Of a DNA stretch of 64,000 nucleotides, positions 39,471 through 50,063 are shown in pieces. The position numbers and the translations under genes were made by a program. The stretch's first letter is position 1, and each line of letters begins with the position of its first letter. The DNA is from an uncultured Acidobacteriota bacterium (lineage in GTDB: Bacteria > Acidobacteriota > UBA6911 > RPQK01 > JAPXNP01). The notes below the pieces were generated by a model. The model saw only the letters and a program-made list of their open reading frames with translations. It was not told the origin of the DNA and searched no databases. The stretch is from positions 547,544 through 611,543 of the forward strand of contig CAVRSV010000012.1 of NCBI GenBank assembly GCA_963723965.1. Reading direction: 5' to 3'.

Positions 39471-39905
39471 CTACTCCCAGAAGACGGGGACTTCCAGCCG
39501 AATCGTGGCGTCCTCCAGGACGACGCCATAAACACCGCCCCGCCAGTCCGAGCCGAGGGCTCGTCTCAGGCCGGGCAGAGCCTGATCCATCCTCTCACAG
39601 GGTCGGGTCTCCCCCCGAATCTCCAGTCGGAGAGCCCCGATCCGCAGCACGCGCCCCCGACTGTCCCCGAGTCGGAGGCCGCTGACCATCAGATTCGCCC
39701 GGCGAAAGCGGGGGTCGACGGTGCAGCCGAGCTCGACGCCGGCAGCCTCCATGGCTTCCCTCTCGATCACGGTCACCTGACGGTGGCCTCCCTGATCGGC
39801 ATTGCCGACGAGACCGCGGTTCTGGCGCAGAACGGCCTCCACGGCGAAATCCATGGGCCCGCCCTTGGCGCGCTTGATCCAGATTGCCTCGAGTCGTCCG
39901 CTCAT
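39471..39905 (-). CDS. MOSC-domain protein (YiiM-like)
   Basis: The 144 aa product has the conserved GD..GEN-like core (VGNADQGGHRQVTV...GETRPCERMD) of the MOSC beta-barrel. Confidence 0.45.
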   Translation of the reverse strand: MSGRLEAIWIKRAKGGPMDFAVEAVLRQNRGLVGNADQGGHRQVTVIEREAMEAAGVELGCTVDPRFRRANLMVSGLRLGDSRGRVLRIGALRLEIRGETRPCERMDQALPGLRRALGSDWRGGVYGVVLEDATIRLEVPVFWE

Positions 39906-39928
39906 GGCCCGTCCTGTTTCTCCTGGTT

Positions 39929-40552
39929 TCAGAACCCGAACCGTTGCCCTTCGGTGACGATATATCCGCCCGCGAGGGCTGGTCCGCCCTTCTTGCTCTT
40001 GATGTAGAGATAGCCCTGCAACTCAGCCCCCGCCTCGAGCAGCGTCGCCTTCAACTGGTGTGCCTCGAGCTCCGCGCGAAGCGCCGGGCCGGTTCCCGCA
40101 TCCACGTGCCCCGCATCCCCCGCCGGCGGGCCGATGGTGCGAACGGATTCGTAACGAGCGCGGTTGGGATCCGGAGGGTAAGGGTAGCCCGAGCGGGCTT
40201 CGCCGTGGACGACGCCGGACCCAGTTCCTCCCCGCACGTAGTACTTCACGAGTCGGGGAGCCATCTCGCTCGGCTGAGCCGTCTTCAGTCCCTTGCCCCT
40301 CGCATTGAAGATCTCGATCCGGTCGGGTTCGATACGGAGGTCCTGGCCCGATCGGTTGGTGATATGAACCTCCAGGACGGCGAAGCCTTCCTCGAAGACC
40401 TGGTTGGGGAAACCGTCCGGCAGATCCTGGCGACGCAGGGACACCACTGTGCAGTCCAGGGGTGAACCGCTTTCTTCCGCGAGCGGCGTCCCGGCCCACA
40501 CCGACACAACGGCCAACGCGAAAACAGCCCGGAAGAGAGGCGGCATACGCAC
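39929..40552 (-). CDS. Secreted hypothetical protein
   Basis: The 207 aa product has a signal peptide (MRMPPLFRAVFALAVVSVWAG). Confidence 0.4.
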   Translation of the reverse strand: MRMPPLFRAVFALAVVSVWAGTPLAEESGSPLDCTVVSLRRQDLPDGFPNQVFEEGFAVLEVHITNRSGQDLRIEPDRIEIFNARGKGLKTAQPSEMAPRLVKYYVRGGTGSGVVHGEARSGYPYPPDPNRARYESVRTIGPPAGDAGHVDAGTGPALRAELEAHQLKATLLEAGAELQGYLYIKSKKGGPALAGGYIVTEGQRFGF

Positions 40553-40705
40553 ACTATAGCAGAGGGGAGGCGACCCGTTGGGCGGGAAAGCATTGAAGAC
40601 CCGGCACCGGGTCGCCTCAGCGCTTGGCGCTTCTTCCGGGGACGGGCTACACTGGGGGGGCGGATCGCGAATCGCTCACGGGGAGGAAGGCACGATCCGA
40701 AGGAG

Positions 40706-41677
40706 GTGCTTGCCATGATGCATCGTAGAAGATTCCTTCAATCGTCCGCTACGACGGCGTTGCTCGCCTGCTTTCCAGCCGGTCTCTCCGGGCTTGCCCG
40801 CGAGCGAACGCCCGGCCAGATCGAGAAGCGGGCACTCGGAAAGACCGGAGAAATGCTCTCGATGATCGGTTTCGGGGGCATCGTGGTCATGGACGCGACT
40901 TCCACCGAGGCCTCGCAGCGCGTCTCTCAGGCGATCGACTATGGCATCAACTACTTCGATGTCGCCCCAACTTACGGGAACGCCGAACAGATGCTCGGTC
41001 CGGCGCTCGAAGCCTATCGCAAGGGCGTATTCCTGGCCTGTAAGACCCAGGCCCGCGATCGCGACGGCGCGCTGAAGGAGCTGGAGAGTTCTCTGAGGAA
41101 CCTGCGGACGGATCACTTCGATCTCTATCAGATGCATGCGGTGACAACGGTCGCCGACGCCAGGAAGATCCTTGCTCCGGGTGGCGCGCTGGAAGCCTTT
41201 CAGCAGGCGCGCAAAGACGGCAAGATCCGGTTCATCGGCTTTTCTGCCCACTCGGTGGAAGCGGCCCTGACGCTGCTCGACGGCTTCGCCTTCGATACGA
41301 TCCTCTTTCCCGTCAACTTCAAGACCTGGAACGCGGGCGACTTCGGGCCGCAGGTCCTGCAGAAGGCGAAGGAGAAGGAGGTCGCCGTGCTGGCCCTCAA
41401 GGCTCTCGCGAACGGCCCCTGGCCCGAGGGCGTCGAACGGATTCCCAAGTGCTGGTACCAGCCGCTGACGGACATGAAGCAGGCGGAACTGGGGCTGCGC
41501 TTCACGCTGTCTCATCCGGTCACGGCAGCTATCCCGCCGGGCAACGAGAATCTCTTTCGAAAGGCGCTCGATCTGGCGCTGCGCTTCGAGCCTCTCGACG
41601 CGCAGGAAGTCGCCGAGATCAAACGTCTGGCGGCCGTCGGCCGGCCTCTGTTCCGGTATCCGTCGGCTGAGGCCTGA
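40706..41677 (+). CDS. Aldo/keto reductase with Tat signal peptide
   Basis: The product has a twin-arginine motif MHRRRFLQS. It also has the AKR motifs GFGGIVV, INYFDVAPTYGNAE and LDLYQMH. Confidence 0.75.
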   Translation: MLAMMHRRRFLQSSATTALLACFPAGLSGLARERTPGQIEKRALGKTGEMLSMIGFGGIVVMDATSTEASQRVSQAIDYGINYFDVAPTYGNAEQMLGPALEAYRKGVFLACKTQARDRDGALKELESSLRNLRTDHFDLYQMHAVTTVADARKILAPGGALEAFQQARKDGKIRFIGFSAHSVEAALTLLDGFAFDTILFPVNFKTWNAGDFGPQVLQKAKEKEVAVLALKALANGPWPEGVERIPKCWYQPLTDMKQAELGLRFTLSHPVTAAIPPGNENLFRKALDLALRFEPLDAQEVAEIKRLAAVGRPLFRYPSAEA

Positions 41678-42638
41678 GCAGCGTTTCGGATATCGATTCC
41701 GTGAGGCCAGGGCCCGGGACTCTCCCGCGGCGCCGTAACCAGGAAGAGGCGCCTGCCGCGGTCAGAACGCACCAGGTGGCAAACAGCGCTCCGGGCAGGG
41801 CCGTCTCGGCCTCGAAATGGCGCAGCGCCAGGGCGACCCCCAGGCCGGCGTTTTGCATGCCCACCTCGATCATCAGAGTCAGCTGGTAGCGACGGTCGAA
41901 GCCGTAGAGACGGGCCAGGTTCCAGCCGGCCACGTAGCCCAGGCCGTTGACCAGAATCACCCACAGGAAGACGCTCGGGCCGACGGACAGAAGGGCCGCG
42001 TGATTTGCCGCCACCGCATATCCGATGATGACGACGATGGACAGCACCGCAACGGCCGGGGCCGCGTGTCGGGCCGCCGCCTCGAAGCGCCGCAGCCGGC
42101 GCCGCAGCACCATGCCTCCGGCCAGCGGCAACAGAACTGTCAGGAGGATGGTCTGCATCATCGGCCAGAACGGGATGGGAAGAAAGACTCCTCCCAGCCA
42201 CTCCACGAGCGCCGGAGTCACGACCGGCGAGAGGAAGGTCGCAAAACTGGTGAGGGTCACGGAATAGGCCACCGCCCCGCCCGCCAGGAAGACGATCACG
42301 TTGGATGCCATGGCGCCGGGAGCACAGCCGACGATGACGAAGCCCAGGGCCAGTCTCGGATCCAGTCCGCTCCAGTAGGCCGCCAGGAATCCCAGCAAAG
42401 GCATCACCGTGAATTGGGTCGCCAACCCGAGGCCGATCTCACGAGGTCGGCGAAGGGTCTCCACGAACTCCTTCGGATCGAGCACCAGGCCCAGCGCCAG
42501 CATGGTGATGGCGAAGAACCAGAGAAACCAGTCGGCGAAAATGAGAAACGAAGGCGGATACAACAGAGCCGCCAGGGCTCCCAGAAACGTCAGCGGCGCG
42601 AGGCCGGCGGCTATCCATCGCAGCACTCGAGGCAGCAT
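41619..42638 (-). CDS. Bile acid:sodium symporter (BASS/SBF) family transporter
   Basis: ATG at 42638 gives MLPRVLRWIAAGLAPLTFLGALAAL... This is an ~340 aa polytopic membrane protein with the BASS crossover motifs (GLVLDPKEF, VGCAPGAMASNV). Confidence 0.6.
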   Translation of the reverse strand: MLPRVLRWIAAGLAPLTFLGALAALLYPPSFLIFADWFLWFFAITMLALGLVLDPKEFVETLRRPREIGLGLATQFTVMPLLGFLAAYWSGLDPRLALGFVIVGCAPGAMASNVIVFLAGGAVAYSVTLTSFATFLSPVVTPALVEWLGGVFLPIPFWPMMQTILLTVLLPLAGGMVLRRRLRRFEAAARHAAPAVAVLSIVVIIGYAVAANHAALLSVGPSVFLWVILVNGLGYVAGWNLARLYGFDRRYQLTLMIEVGMQNAGLGVALALRHFEAETALPGALFATWCVLTAAGASSWLRRRGRVPGPGLTESISETLLRPQPTDTGTEAGRRPPDV

Positions 42639-42679
42639 GACTCCACAGGTTCCCTCGAAGGACGGTCGTTGTTCGCGGC

Positions 42680-45145
42680 TCAACCGAGGCGGGCGAAGGC
42701 CAGGGTGAGAAGTGTTTTCTGCTCCACCTGATGGGCTTTGGCGGACCCTGTCGCAGGCGTCCCCGTGGCGCTTCGCTTGACGGACCGGAAATGCAGATGC
42801 GCCGCCAGCCGTCGGATCCGGGGCTCGACGAAAAACAGAGCACCCATGTTGGCCGGCTCCTCCTGGACCCAGACCACTTCCGTTGCCCGGGAATGTCGCT
42901 CGAAGACCTCGCGCAACTCCTGCTCCGGAAAGGGGTACAGCTGTTCCACGAAGACGATATCCGTGGTTGCGTCCTTGCGAGCCTGGCGTTCCTTCTCCAA
43001 CTCGTGACCGATCTTCCCCGTGCACAACAGGATGCGACGGGCGTCTTCGACGTCGGTGGCGCTCCGAACCAGACGAAATCGGGAGGATTCCAGCTCCGCC
43101 AGGTCGGACGACGCGTTGGGATGCCGCAACATGCTCTTGGGCGTGAAGACGATGAGGGGCTTGCGCCACTTGCGCAGAGCCTGCCGCCGGAGAAGATGAA
43201 AGTACTGGCCCGCCGTCGAAGGTTGGGCGATCTGAACGTTGTCGCGGGCCGCCAGCTGGAGAAACCGCTCGATCCGGGCGCTCGAATGCTCCGGCCCCTG
43301 TCCCTCGTATCCATGCGGGAGGAGTACGACGAGTCCGGACAGGAGCTCCCACTTGTCTTCCGCCGCCGTGATGAACTGGTCGGTGATGACTTGGGCTCCG
43401 TTGGCAAAATCGCCGAACTGAGCTTCCCACAGAACCAGGGCCTCCGGAAAATCCCGGCTGTAGCCGTACTCGAAGCCGAGCACGGCCGCTTCAGAGAGCA
43501 TCGAGTCGAGGGCGGTGAAACTCCCCTGTTCCGGGGCGACATGCTGCAACGGGCAGTACTCTTCCCCGTTCTCCACGTCGATCAGATAGCTGTGACGCTG
43601 GTTGAAGGTACCGCGACGGCTGTCTTGTCCGGAGATCCGGACGGGGTGGCCGACCTCGACGATCGAGGCGAAGGCCAGCGCTTCGGCCATCCCGTAATCC
43701 AGGGGGCGCTCGCCGCGCCCCATTTCCAGACGCTGCTCGAGCAGCCGCTGGACCTTGGGGTGGACATGAAAGCCCTCGGGATGGCGCACGACCTTTTCCG
43801 CCAGTTCGGCCAGCCGGTCGCGATCGAGGCCGGTCTCGATCTCGAACTCCGGCCGGTAGCGGCCCCCGTAGAAGTCGGACCAGTAGTCCGGCAGCTGGCG
43901 CATCACCGGCCGGCGTGTCCTTTCCTTGGCCTGCTCGATGGAGGCTTCGAACTCACCTCGAATGTCGGCGATCCGCGGTTTCAGATCCTCGTCCGTGAGA
44001 CCCGCACCGGCTGCGAAGGATTGCCACAGAGGCTGCCGCTCCTGAATCTTCCGATAGAGGAGAGGCTGCGTGATGGTCGGGTCATCGATCTCGCTATGCC
44101 CGTAGAGACGGTATCCGATCAGATCGACCACCACATCGCTGCCGAACTCGTACCGGTACTCCAGGGCCAGCCGTCCGACTCGAATGACCGCTTCGGGATC
44201 CTCGCCGTTGACGTGGAAGATGGGAATTGGAAGCCGCTTGGCGACGTCCGAAGCGAACCGCGAGGAGTGAAGTTCGTCGGGGGTTGCCGTGAAGCCGATC
44301 AGGTTGTTGACGACGATGTGAATCGCCCCCCCCACCGTAAAGCCTTCCAATTGGGAGAGATTCAGCACCTCCGCCACGATTCCCTGCCCGGCAAAGGCCG
44401 CGTCCCCGTGCATCAGGATGGGAAGGATGGCCCGGGGACCCTGCTCTCCGAGACGAACCTGGTGGGCCTTGGCGCGGCCCAGAGCAACCGGATCGACCGC
44501 CTCGAGGTGACTCGGGTTCGAGACCAGATGGATGGCGAGCCTGGCGCCGTTGCGTGCCTGGAAGGTCCCGGTGGCTCCCAGATGGTACTTGACGTCGCCG
44601 CCGCCCAGAGTGCTCTTGGGATCGACATCCTCGAAACCGGCAAAGATCTCCTCGGCGGGCCGCCCGACGATGTGGATCATCACGTTGAGCCGGCCCCGGT
44701 GGCTCATTGCCAGGATGGCCCGTTCCAAACCGTGACCGGAAGCCTCTTCGAGCATCTCGTACAGGAGCGGAACCAGGGCGTCCACACCTTTGATGGAAAA
44801 GCGCTTGTTCCCAAGGTAACGGGTCTGGAGAAGCTGCTCCAGCATGTCGACACGGATCAGCAGGTCGGCAATCTCCTCGACGTCGGCAGGTCCGACCTCG
44901 CTCTCCATGCGCTCCTGGATCCAGCGTCGACGCTCCGGATCGGGAATGTGCATGAATTCGGCGCCGACAGCGCCGCAGTAGTAGCGGCGATAGCGCTCGG
45001 CTTCCTCGCCCCTCTGGTCCAGTTCGGAATGAAGCTGCGGGGCCAAGCGGCCCAGAGGGTCCAGCTCCGCTTCCAGGTAGCCCCACCGCCGAAAAGCATC
45101 TGCAACCCGTTCGGTTGCACTGTCTTTGAGAACTTCAGTAGCCAT
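42680..45145 (-). CDS. sucA: 2-oxoglutarate dehydrogenase E1 component (short form)
   Basis: The 821 aa product has YCGAVGAEFMHI, a ThDP-binding GDAAFAGQG region and an HGYEGQGPEHSSARIERFLQL C-terminal signature. No sucB or lpd is adjacent. Confidence 0.8.
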   Translation of the reverse strand: MATEVLKDSATERVADAFRRWGYLEAELDPLGRLAPQLHSELDQRGEEAERYRRYYCGAVGAEFMHIPDPERRRWIQERMESEVGPADVEEIADLLIRVDMLEQLLQTRYLGNKRFSIKGVDALVPLLYEMLEEASGHGLERAILAMSHRGRLNVMIHIVGRPAEEIFAGFEDVDPKSTLGGGDVKYHLGATGTFQARNGARLAIHLVSNPSHLEAVDPVALGRAKAHQVRLGEQGPRAILPILMHGDAAFAGQGIVAEVLNLSQLEGFTVGGAIHIVVNNLIGFTATPDELHSSRFASDVAKRLPIPIFHVNGEDPEAVIRVGRLALEYRYEFGSDVVVDLIGYRLYGHSEIDDPTITQPLLYRKIQERQPLWQSFAAGAGLTDEDLKPRIADIRGEFEASIEQAKERTRRPVMRQLPDYWSDFYGGRYRPEFEIETGLDRDRLAELAEKVVRHPEGFHVHPKVQRLLEQRLEMGRGERPLDYGMAEALAFASIVEVGHPVRISGQDSRRGTFNQRHSYLIDVENGEEYCPLQHVAPEQGSFTALDSMLSEAAVLGFEYGYSRDFPEALVLWEAQFGDFANGAQVITDQFITAAEDKWELLSGLVVLLPHGYEGQGPEHSSARIERFLQLAARDNVQIAQPSTAGQYFHLLRRQALRKWRKPLIVFTPKSMLRHPNASSDLAELESSRFRLVRSATDVEDARRILLCTGKIGHELEKERQARKDATTDIVFVEQLYPFPEQELREVFERHSRATEVVWVQEEPANMGALFFVEPRIRRLAAHLHFRSVKRSATGTPATGSAKAHQVEQKTLLTLAFARLG

Positions 45146-45234
45146 CCTTGTCTCTTCCGTCGCCCAGTATAGTACGAAAGGAGGCGTCCTTTCCGGGTTC
45201 CCTTGGCGGGGATCTGGTGTATAGTTTCCCGGCT

Positions 45235-45882
45235 ATGAACAAGAAAGTCGTTCTGGGATGTCTTGGTGCTGCTGCTGTTGTTCTGATCGCCGGCGGTGTC
45301 GCGGGCTACTTCTTCCTGGTTCGACCCGGGATGGAGTACGTCCGGAGCATCGGCGATGTGGCCAAGGTGAGTGAAATGGACTCTCAGGTCCAGAATACCC
45401 GGTCCTTCACGCCTCCCCAGGACGGGCTCCTCACCGAGGACCAGGTCACGCGTTTCGTCCAGGTACAGCGGACGATCACCAGCCGGCTCGGAGAAGAGCT
45501 TCAGAATCTGAAGCAGAAACACTCTTCCATGTCGGGTGAGGGTGGAAATCCGAGCCTGACCGAGTTTATCTCGATTTGGCACGATCTGAGCGGGACGGTG
45601 TTGAAGGCCAAGGAAATCCAGGTGCAGGCCCTCAATGACTCCGACTTTTCGCTCGAAGAATACCGCTGGGTCCGATCCAGTTTCTATAAGGCCCTGGGTG
45701 CCAGCTTCGTCTCCCTCAATCTGGAGCAGGCCGCGGCGGCCATCAAGCAGCAGAACCCGGAGCTTCTCGAACAGAATCAGGCCGAGGCCGACCAACTGGC
45801 TCCGGAACAGAACCGCGAGCTGGCGGCTCCCTACGCGGATGAATCGAAGAACTGGATCGCCTACGCCTGGCTCGGGCTGTAG
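45235..45882 (+). CDS. Membrane-anchored hypothetical protein
   Basis: ATG at 45235 gives MNKKVVLGCLGAAAVVLIAGGVAGYFFLV, followed by a Gln/Glu-rich soluble domain. Confidence 0.4.
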   Translation: MNKKVVLGCLGAAAVVLIAGGVAGYFFLVRPGMEYVRSIGDVAKVSEMDSQVQNTRSFTPPQDGLLTEDQVTRFVQVQRTITSRLGEELQNLKQKHSSMSGEGGNPSLTEFISIWHDLSGTVLKAKEIQVQALNDSDFSLEEYRWVRSSFYKALGASFVSLNLEQAAAAIKQQNPELLEQNQAEADQLAPEQNRELAAPYADESKNWIAYAWLGL

Positions 45883-45941
45883 AAAAGCGCGGCGCAGCCG
45901 CAGTCCAAAGAGACGCCTGCGGCGTCGGATGGGCCACCAGA

Positions 45942-46826
45942 TCAGAGGCTGAGGCGGTCGTAGAGGGACCGGACGGCCGGTTGGCCATAGATCCGTTCGA
46001 GCCTGCGAATCGTAAAATGGCCCCGTGCCACGGACTGGAAGTGGGAGATGAAGAGGGTGTTGATCATGGCACCTCCCGCCGCTCCAATCACGGGCACGGC
46101 CATGGCCGCCACCTTCTCGGAAACCACCACACCGAACCGGCTCCCGATGGCCGCCATCAGTCGTACCAGAACCGGCGCGCCCTTTTCCTGAACGCCGCGC
46201 TGAGCGATGTAGCGGGCCGCGTCACTGATGGAGCCCGCCAGTGCCGATCGAACGGCGAAATAGCCCGTCTCGGCTGCGTCGTCGGTCGAGGAGCGCCCGC
46301 CGAGAGCAAAGACCTCGAGGCAGGCCAACTGCGGCTCGATGGACCGGATGTCCTCCCCCTGGCTGCGGGCAATATCCGCGATGGCCCGCAGCATGAGGGT
46401 CGTCGAAAGGGGAAGTTCGACCACCAGCCCGGCCAGACCAAAGGCGCCGCCGCCGGCTCCGGTCGCCGCCACGGCCAGCTTGTGAAAACGATCCCTGGCG
46501 ATCCGAGGACGTCGCCCGAGGGAGCGGACGGCGACGCCCAGAGCCCGCTCGAGCGAGATGCGGACCGCACTGTGAACGGTCTGCGCCCACTTCTCCGGAA
46601 GGAGGTCGAAGCCGCGTTCGATGGGAGCGCCCAGAGCATCCGTCATGCGGGCGGCCAGACTGGGTCGCTCCAGCAGGCGCTTGGCTTCTCGCAGTTCCTC
46701 CCGGTGTTCCGGGGTGAGCGTCGAAGCGGAGGCATCGACAGACGGACCCGCACCGGAGATAGGCTGATCGGTCAAGTTTCGAATCGCTCCTTCGGAGGCG
46801 GCCGGCGGACCGACTCCTCCGCTCAA
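45942..46826 (-). CDS. EcsC-family protein
   Basis: The 294 aa product has Gly-rich AVAATGAGGGAFGLAGLVVELPLSTTLMLRAIADIA and AVPVIGAAGGAMINTLF segments typical of EcsC. Confidence 0.45.
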   Translation of the reverse strand: MSGGVGPPAASEGAIRNLTDQPISGAGPSVDASASTLTPEHREELREAKRLLERPSLAARMTDALGAPIERGFDLLPEKWAQTVHSAVRISLERALGVAVRSLGRRPRIARDRFHKLAVAATGAGGGAFGLAGLVVELPLSTTLMLRAIADIARSQGEDIRSIEPQLACLEVFALGGRSSTDDAAETGYFAVRSALAGSISDAARYIAQRGVQEKGAPVLVRLMAAIGSRFGVVVSEKVAAMAVPVIGAAGGAMINTLFISHFQSVARGHFTIRRLERIYGQPAVRSLYDRLSL

Positions 46827-47809
46827 TAGTCCTCGGGCTCTCGCTCGCCGGAACGCGACCGTGCCCGTCCGCCCGTTCGGTCGAAGCTCTCATCTTCCTC
46901 TTCGGGAGACAACCCCTCCAGCTCGCGGTCGGTCCACGGCTCCCCGCAGCGGAGGATGCGGAACGGCTGCTCGATCCGTTCGCAGGCGCGGGCGAAATCC
47001 TCCGTGACCGAGGCGTCATCGTCGAACATCTCGTAGTGACAGGGGATGACCAGCCTGGCATCGATGGCCTTGGCGAGATCAGCCGCCTGTGCGGCCGTGA
47101 GAGTTTCCGCCAGTCCCGTCCCGGGCCTGCTGCCGGCGATGGGCAACAGGGCCACGTCGATCGCGTAGGCCTGTAACTGCTCGATGAGCTCTTCGGAGTG
47201 CACGATGTCCCCGGAGTGGTAAATCATCCAGGGCCCGAACTCGAAGATGAATCCGAGTCTGCGGCGGCCTTCCGCGCCGTCCCGATCCTCCGGACCGACG
47301 GCGGACACACCGGTGATCGTGACCTCGTCCACGTTCTCGCTCACGCTGTCGTCGAGGCCGGTGAGGCGGTCCGCATCACAGCCGAGAAGCCCGGCTGCCT
47401 CCGCCCGGACTGCTTCGGGAATGACGACGTCCATGTTGGGGTTGACGTCGAGCAGAGTTTTCAACGTGTGCGGATCCAGGTGATCCCTCTGAAGGTCGCT
47501 GGCCGTCACGAGCTGTATGAAGGCCAGCTCGGCCGGTTCGACCGCCAGCTCGGTCATGCGGATCAGAGGATGGTCGGATTCCGCGGTCTGTTCACTCAAT
47601 GCATCGGACAGATAGGGGTCACACAGGAGATGCACGCCCTCCCATTGAATGAGGAACCCGCTTTGTCCAAGCCACCAGATACTCAGACGGCCCCGCGTTT
47701 TGGAGGAGGCATGGATGTTCTTCACCAGTGCCTCACCCTTCAGAACTGGCTTGATCATATGCGCTAAGAATACAAGTTGAGCCCCGACAGCGGCAAACAC
47801 CTTCGCCAA
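46823..47809 (-). CDS. MBL-fold metallo-hydrolase (UlaG/UPF0173-like)
   Basis: The product has LSIWWLGQSGFLIQWEGVHLLCDPYLSD... and IYHSGD, matching the beta-lactamase-fold His/Asp motifs. Confidence 0.55.
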   Translation of the reverse strand: MAKVFAAVGAQLVFLAHMIKPVLKGEALVKNIHASSKTRGRLSIWWLGQSGFLIQWEGVHLLCDPYLSDALSEQTAESDHPLIRMTELAVEPAELAFIQLVTASDLQRDHLDPHTLKTLLDVNPNMDVVIPEAVRAEAAGLLGCDADRLTGLDDSVSENVDEVTITGVSAVGPEDRDGAEGRRRLGFIFEFGPWMIYHSGDIVHSEELIEQLQAYAIDVALLPIAGSRPGTGLAETLTAAQAADLAKAIDARLVIPCHYEMFDDDASVTEDFARACERIEQPFRILRCGEPWTDRELEGLSPEEEDESFDRTGGRARSRSGEREPEDY

Positions 47810-47832
47810 GCGGTGGGTGCTAAGCTACTTCC

Positions 47833-48858
47833 ATGAATCCCACGATGCTGCAGAACCAGATCTACCTGGATGAGATCGCCGGTGGGTACCGGGCGGCACA
47901 GGTCCTGTTCACGGCCTGCCGGTTGGGTGTCTTCGAGGTGATCGGACACGACGCCCTGGAACTCGAGACGGTGGTGGAACGACTCGGAAGCGACCGGAGG
48001 GGGACCCGGGTCCTGCTGGACGCCCTGGTCGGAATGGGGCTGCTCGAGATGCGAGACGGCCGCTACCTCAACTCGGCGCTCGCTCTGGATGCGCTCCTGC
48101 CCGCGGCGCCGCACTCCCGGATCGCTCAGCTTCTGCACGGTGCTCGTCTGTACGAGCGCTGGGCCGGACTCTACGACGCCGTCCTCACCGGACAGCCCGT
48201 TCCCGACGACCGGATCGATCCGCGGATCGACAGCGGGAAGGCTGCATTTGCCCGGGCCATGGCCGACTCGGCCCGCCAGATCGCCGCCACGACGGCCGCC
48301 TCTCTCGATCTCGACGGAGTGTCGAAGCTGCTCGACATCGGAGGAGGACCCGGACTTTACTCCATCGAGTTCGCCCGTCGGAGCTCCGGCCTGCGGGCGT
48401 GGATCCTCGACGACGCCGAGACCCTGCGGGTGGCGGAACGGAACATCGAGACGGCCGGACTCGGAGATCGGGTCACTCTGTTGCCCGGCGATGCCCACTC
48501 CGACGACCTGGGCGGGCCTTACGACTTCATCTTCATCTCCAACGTTCTGCACATCTACTCGGGTGACCGGAATCGCGAGCTGATCCGCCGCTGTGCGGCG
48601 GCGCTCGGAACGGGCGGGCGGCTGGCGCTGAAGGACTTCTTCCTGCAGGATACGGCCGGAGGGGGCAAATCCGGCCCTCTGTGGAATCTGTTGTTCGCCG
48701 CCAACATGCTGGCGGGTACGGCCGAAGGAGACTGCTACACCGAAGGCGAAGTGCGTTCCTGGTCTCGGGACGCAGGCCTGGATCTGAGCCAGAAGATCCC
48801 CCTGACCGAAAGGACCTCGATCCTGGTCTTCCGAAATCAGCCCAGGACTTCGCGGTAG
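47833..48858 (+). CDS. Class I SAM-dependent O-methyltransferase (dimerisation domain + MT domain)
   Basis: The product has LLDIGGGPGLYSIEFAR (motif I) and DFIFISNVLH. The architecture resembles COMT/ASMT-like bacterial O-MTs. It is convergent with and overlaps the bshA tail. Confidence 0.6.
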   Translation: MNPTMLQNQIYLDEIAGGYRAAQVLFTACRLGVFEVIGHDALELETVVERLGSDRRGTRVLLDALVGMGLLEMRDGRYLNSALALDALLPAAPHSRIAQLLHGARLYERWAGLYDAVLTGQPVPDDRIDPRIDSGKAAFARAMADSARQIAATTAASLDLDGVSKLLDIGGGPGLYSIEFARRSSGLRAWILDDAETLRVAERNIETAGLGDRVTLLPGDAHSDDLGGPYDFIFISNVLHIYSGDRNRELIRRCAAALGTGGRLALKDFFLQDTAGGGKSGPLWNLLFAANMLAGTAEGDCYTEGEVRSWSRDAGLDLSQKIPLTERTSILVFRNQPRTSR

Positions 48859-49955
48859 AGGGCCTCGTACTGCGGGATGATGGCCTCGCGGCGGAAGTGC
48901 TCGACGGCGAGTGCACGGGCCCGCAGGCGAAAACTCCGCAGCATCTCCTCGTCCGAAAGCAGCAACGCCGCCTTGTCCACCATGGCGCCGATCTCTCCGA
49001 CGGGGACCAGAAAGCCCGTCTCTCCGTCGCGGACCAGCTCCGGCATGCCGCCGACGCGGGTTCCGATGACGGGGACTCCGCAGGCATGCGCCTCCAGGGC
49101 CACGAGGCCGAAGCTCTCCTGTTCGCTGGGAAGCACGAACAGGTCGGCGCAGGCCATCAACTGCTCCAGGTAGTCCTGCTGGCCCAGAAAATGGACGTGG
49201 CCGGTCAGCTTCAGCTCCTTGACGAGTTGCTGCACGAACAGCCGTTCGGGGCCTTCCCCGACCAGGATCAGCTTGGCCGGGATCCGCTCCCGCAATCGCC
49301 CCAGAAGTCGAACTGCATCCCCCGGCCGCTTGACCGGACGGAAATTGGAGGCGTGCATCAGGATCTTCTCGCCCTCGGGAGCGAAATGCCCGCGAAAACA
49401 CCGCTCCGCGTCGGGTCGATAGCGCTCGGTGTCCACGAAGTTGTAGATCACGCGGATTTCCCGGCGGATGTCGAATTCCTCGACCGTCCGTTTCCGGAGA
49501 TACTCCGAGACGGCGGTGACGCCGTCCGATTCCTCAATGGCGAACTTGATGACCTGGTAGAACGAACTGTCGAGACCGACCAGAGTGATGTCGGTCCCGT
49601 GAAGCGTGGTGATCGTGCGGAGCTGCCGGTCTCCCAGGATCTTCTTGGCCAGATAGGCGCTGGCCGCATGGGGGATTGCATAATGAGAGTGGACCAGGTC
49701 GAGATGGTACTCCCGCGTCACATCCACCAGCTTGGTCGCCAGCGACAGGGCGTAAGGCGGGTAACGGAAAAGGGGGTAGGACGACACTTCGACTTCGTGC
49801 ACGTAGATGTTCTCGTAAAAGGATCCCAGCCGAAACGGCGTTGCGTAGCTGATGATGTGGATCTCGTGGCCCTTCTCGGCGAGACCGATTGCGAGCTCCG
49901 ACGCGACGACTCCGCTGCCTCCGTGGGTGGGGTAACAGGCGATTCCGATCTTCAA
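48837..49955 (-). CDS. bshA: N-acetyl-alpha-D-glucosaminyl L-malate synthase BshA (GT4 glycosyltransferase)
   Basis: The product has [43 protein letters not shown], close to Bacillus BshA ([36 protein letters not shown]). A probable TTG start at 49955 is preceded by GGAGGA. Confidence 0.75.
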   Translation of the reverse strand: MKIGIACYPTHGGSGVVASELAIGLAEKGHEIHIISYATPFRLGSFYENIYVHEVEVSSYPLFRYPPYALSLATKLVDVTREYHLDLVHSHYAIPHAASAYLAKKILGDRQLRTITTLHGTDITLVGLDSSFYQVIKFAIEESDGVTAVSEYLRKRTVEEFDIRREIRVIYNFVDTERYRPDAERCFRGHFAPEGEKILMHASNFRPVKRPGDAVRLLGRLRERIPAKLILVGEGPERLFVQQLVKELKLTGHVHFLGQQDYLEQLMACADLFVLPSEQESFGLVALEAHACGVPVIGTRVGGMPELVRDGETGFLVPVGEIGAMVDKAALLLSDEEMLRSFRLRARALAVEHFRREAIIPQYEALYREVLG

Positions 49956-50063
49956 TCCCTTCCTCCAGTCTTCCTCAGCATCAACCCTCCAAACCAGACG
50001 GGAAGTCCCCGCGCACCTCAAGCGCCCGAGGAGAGATCCGGTCCTCTCCCCTCTATGTCGAAC

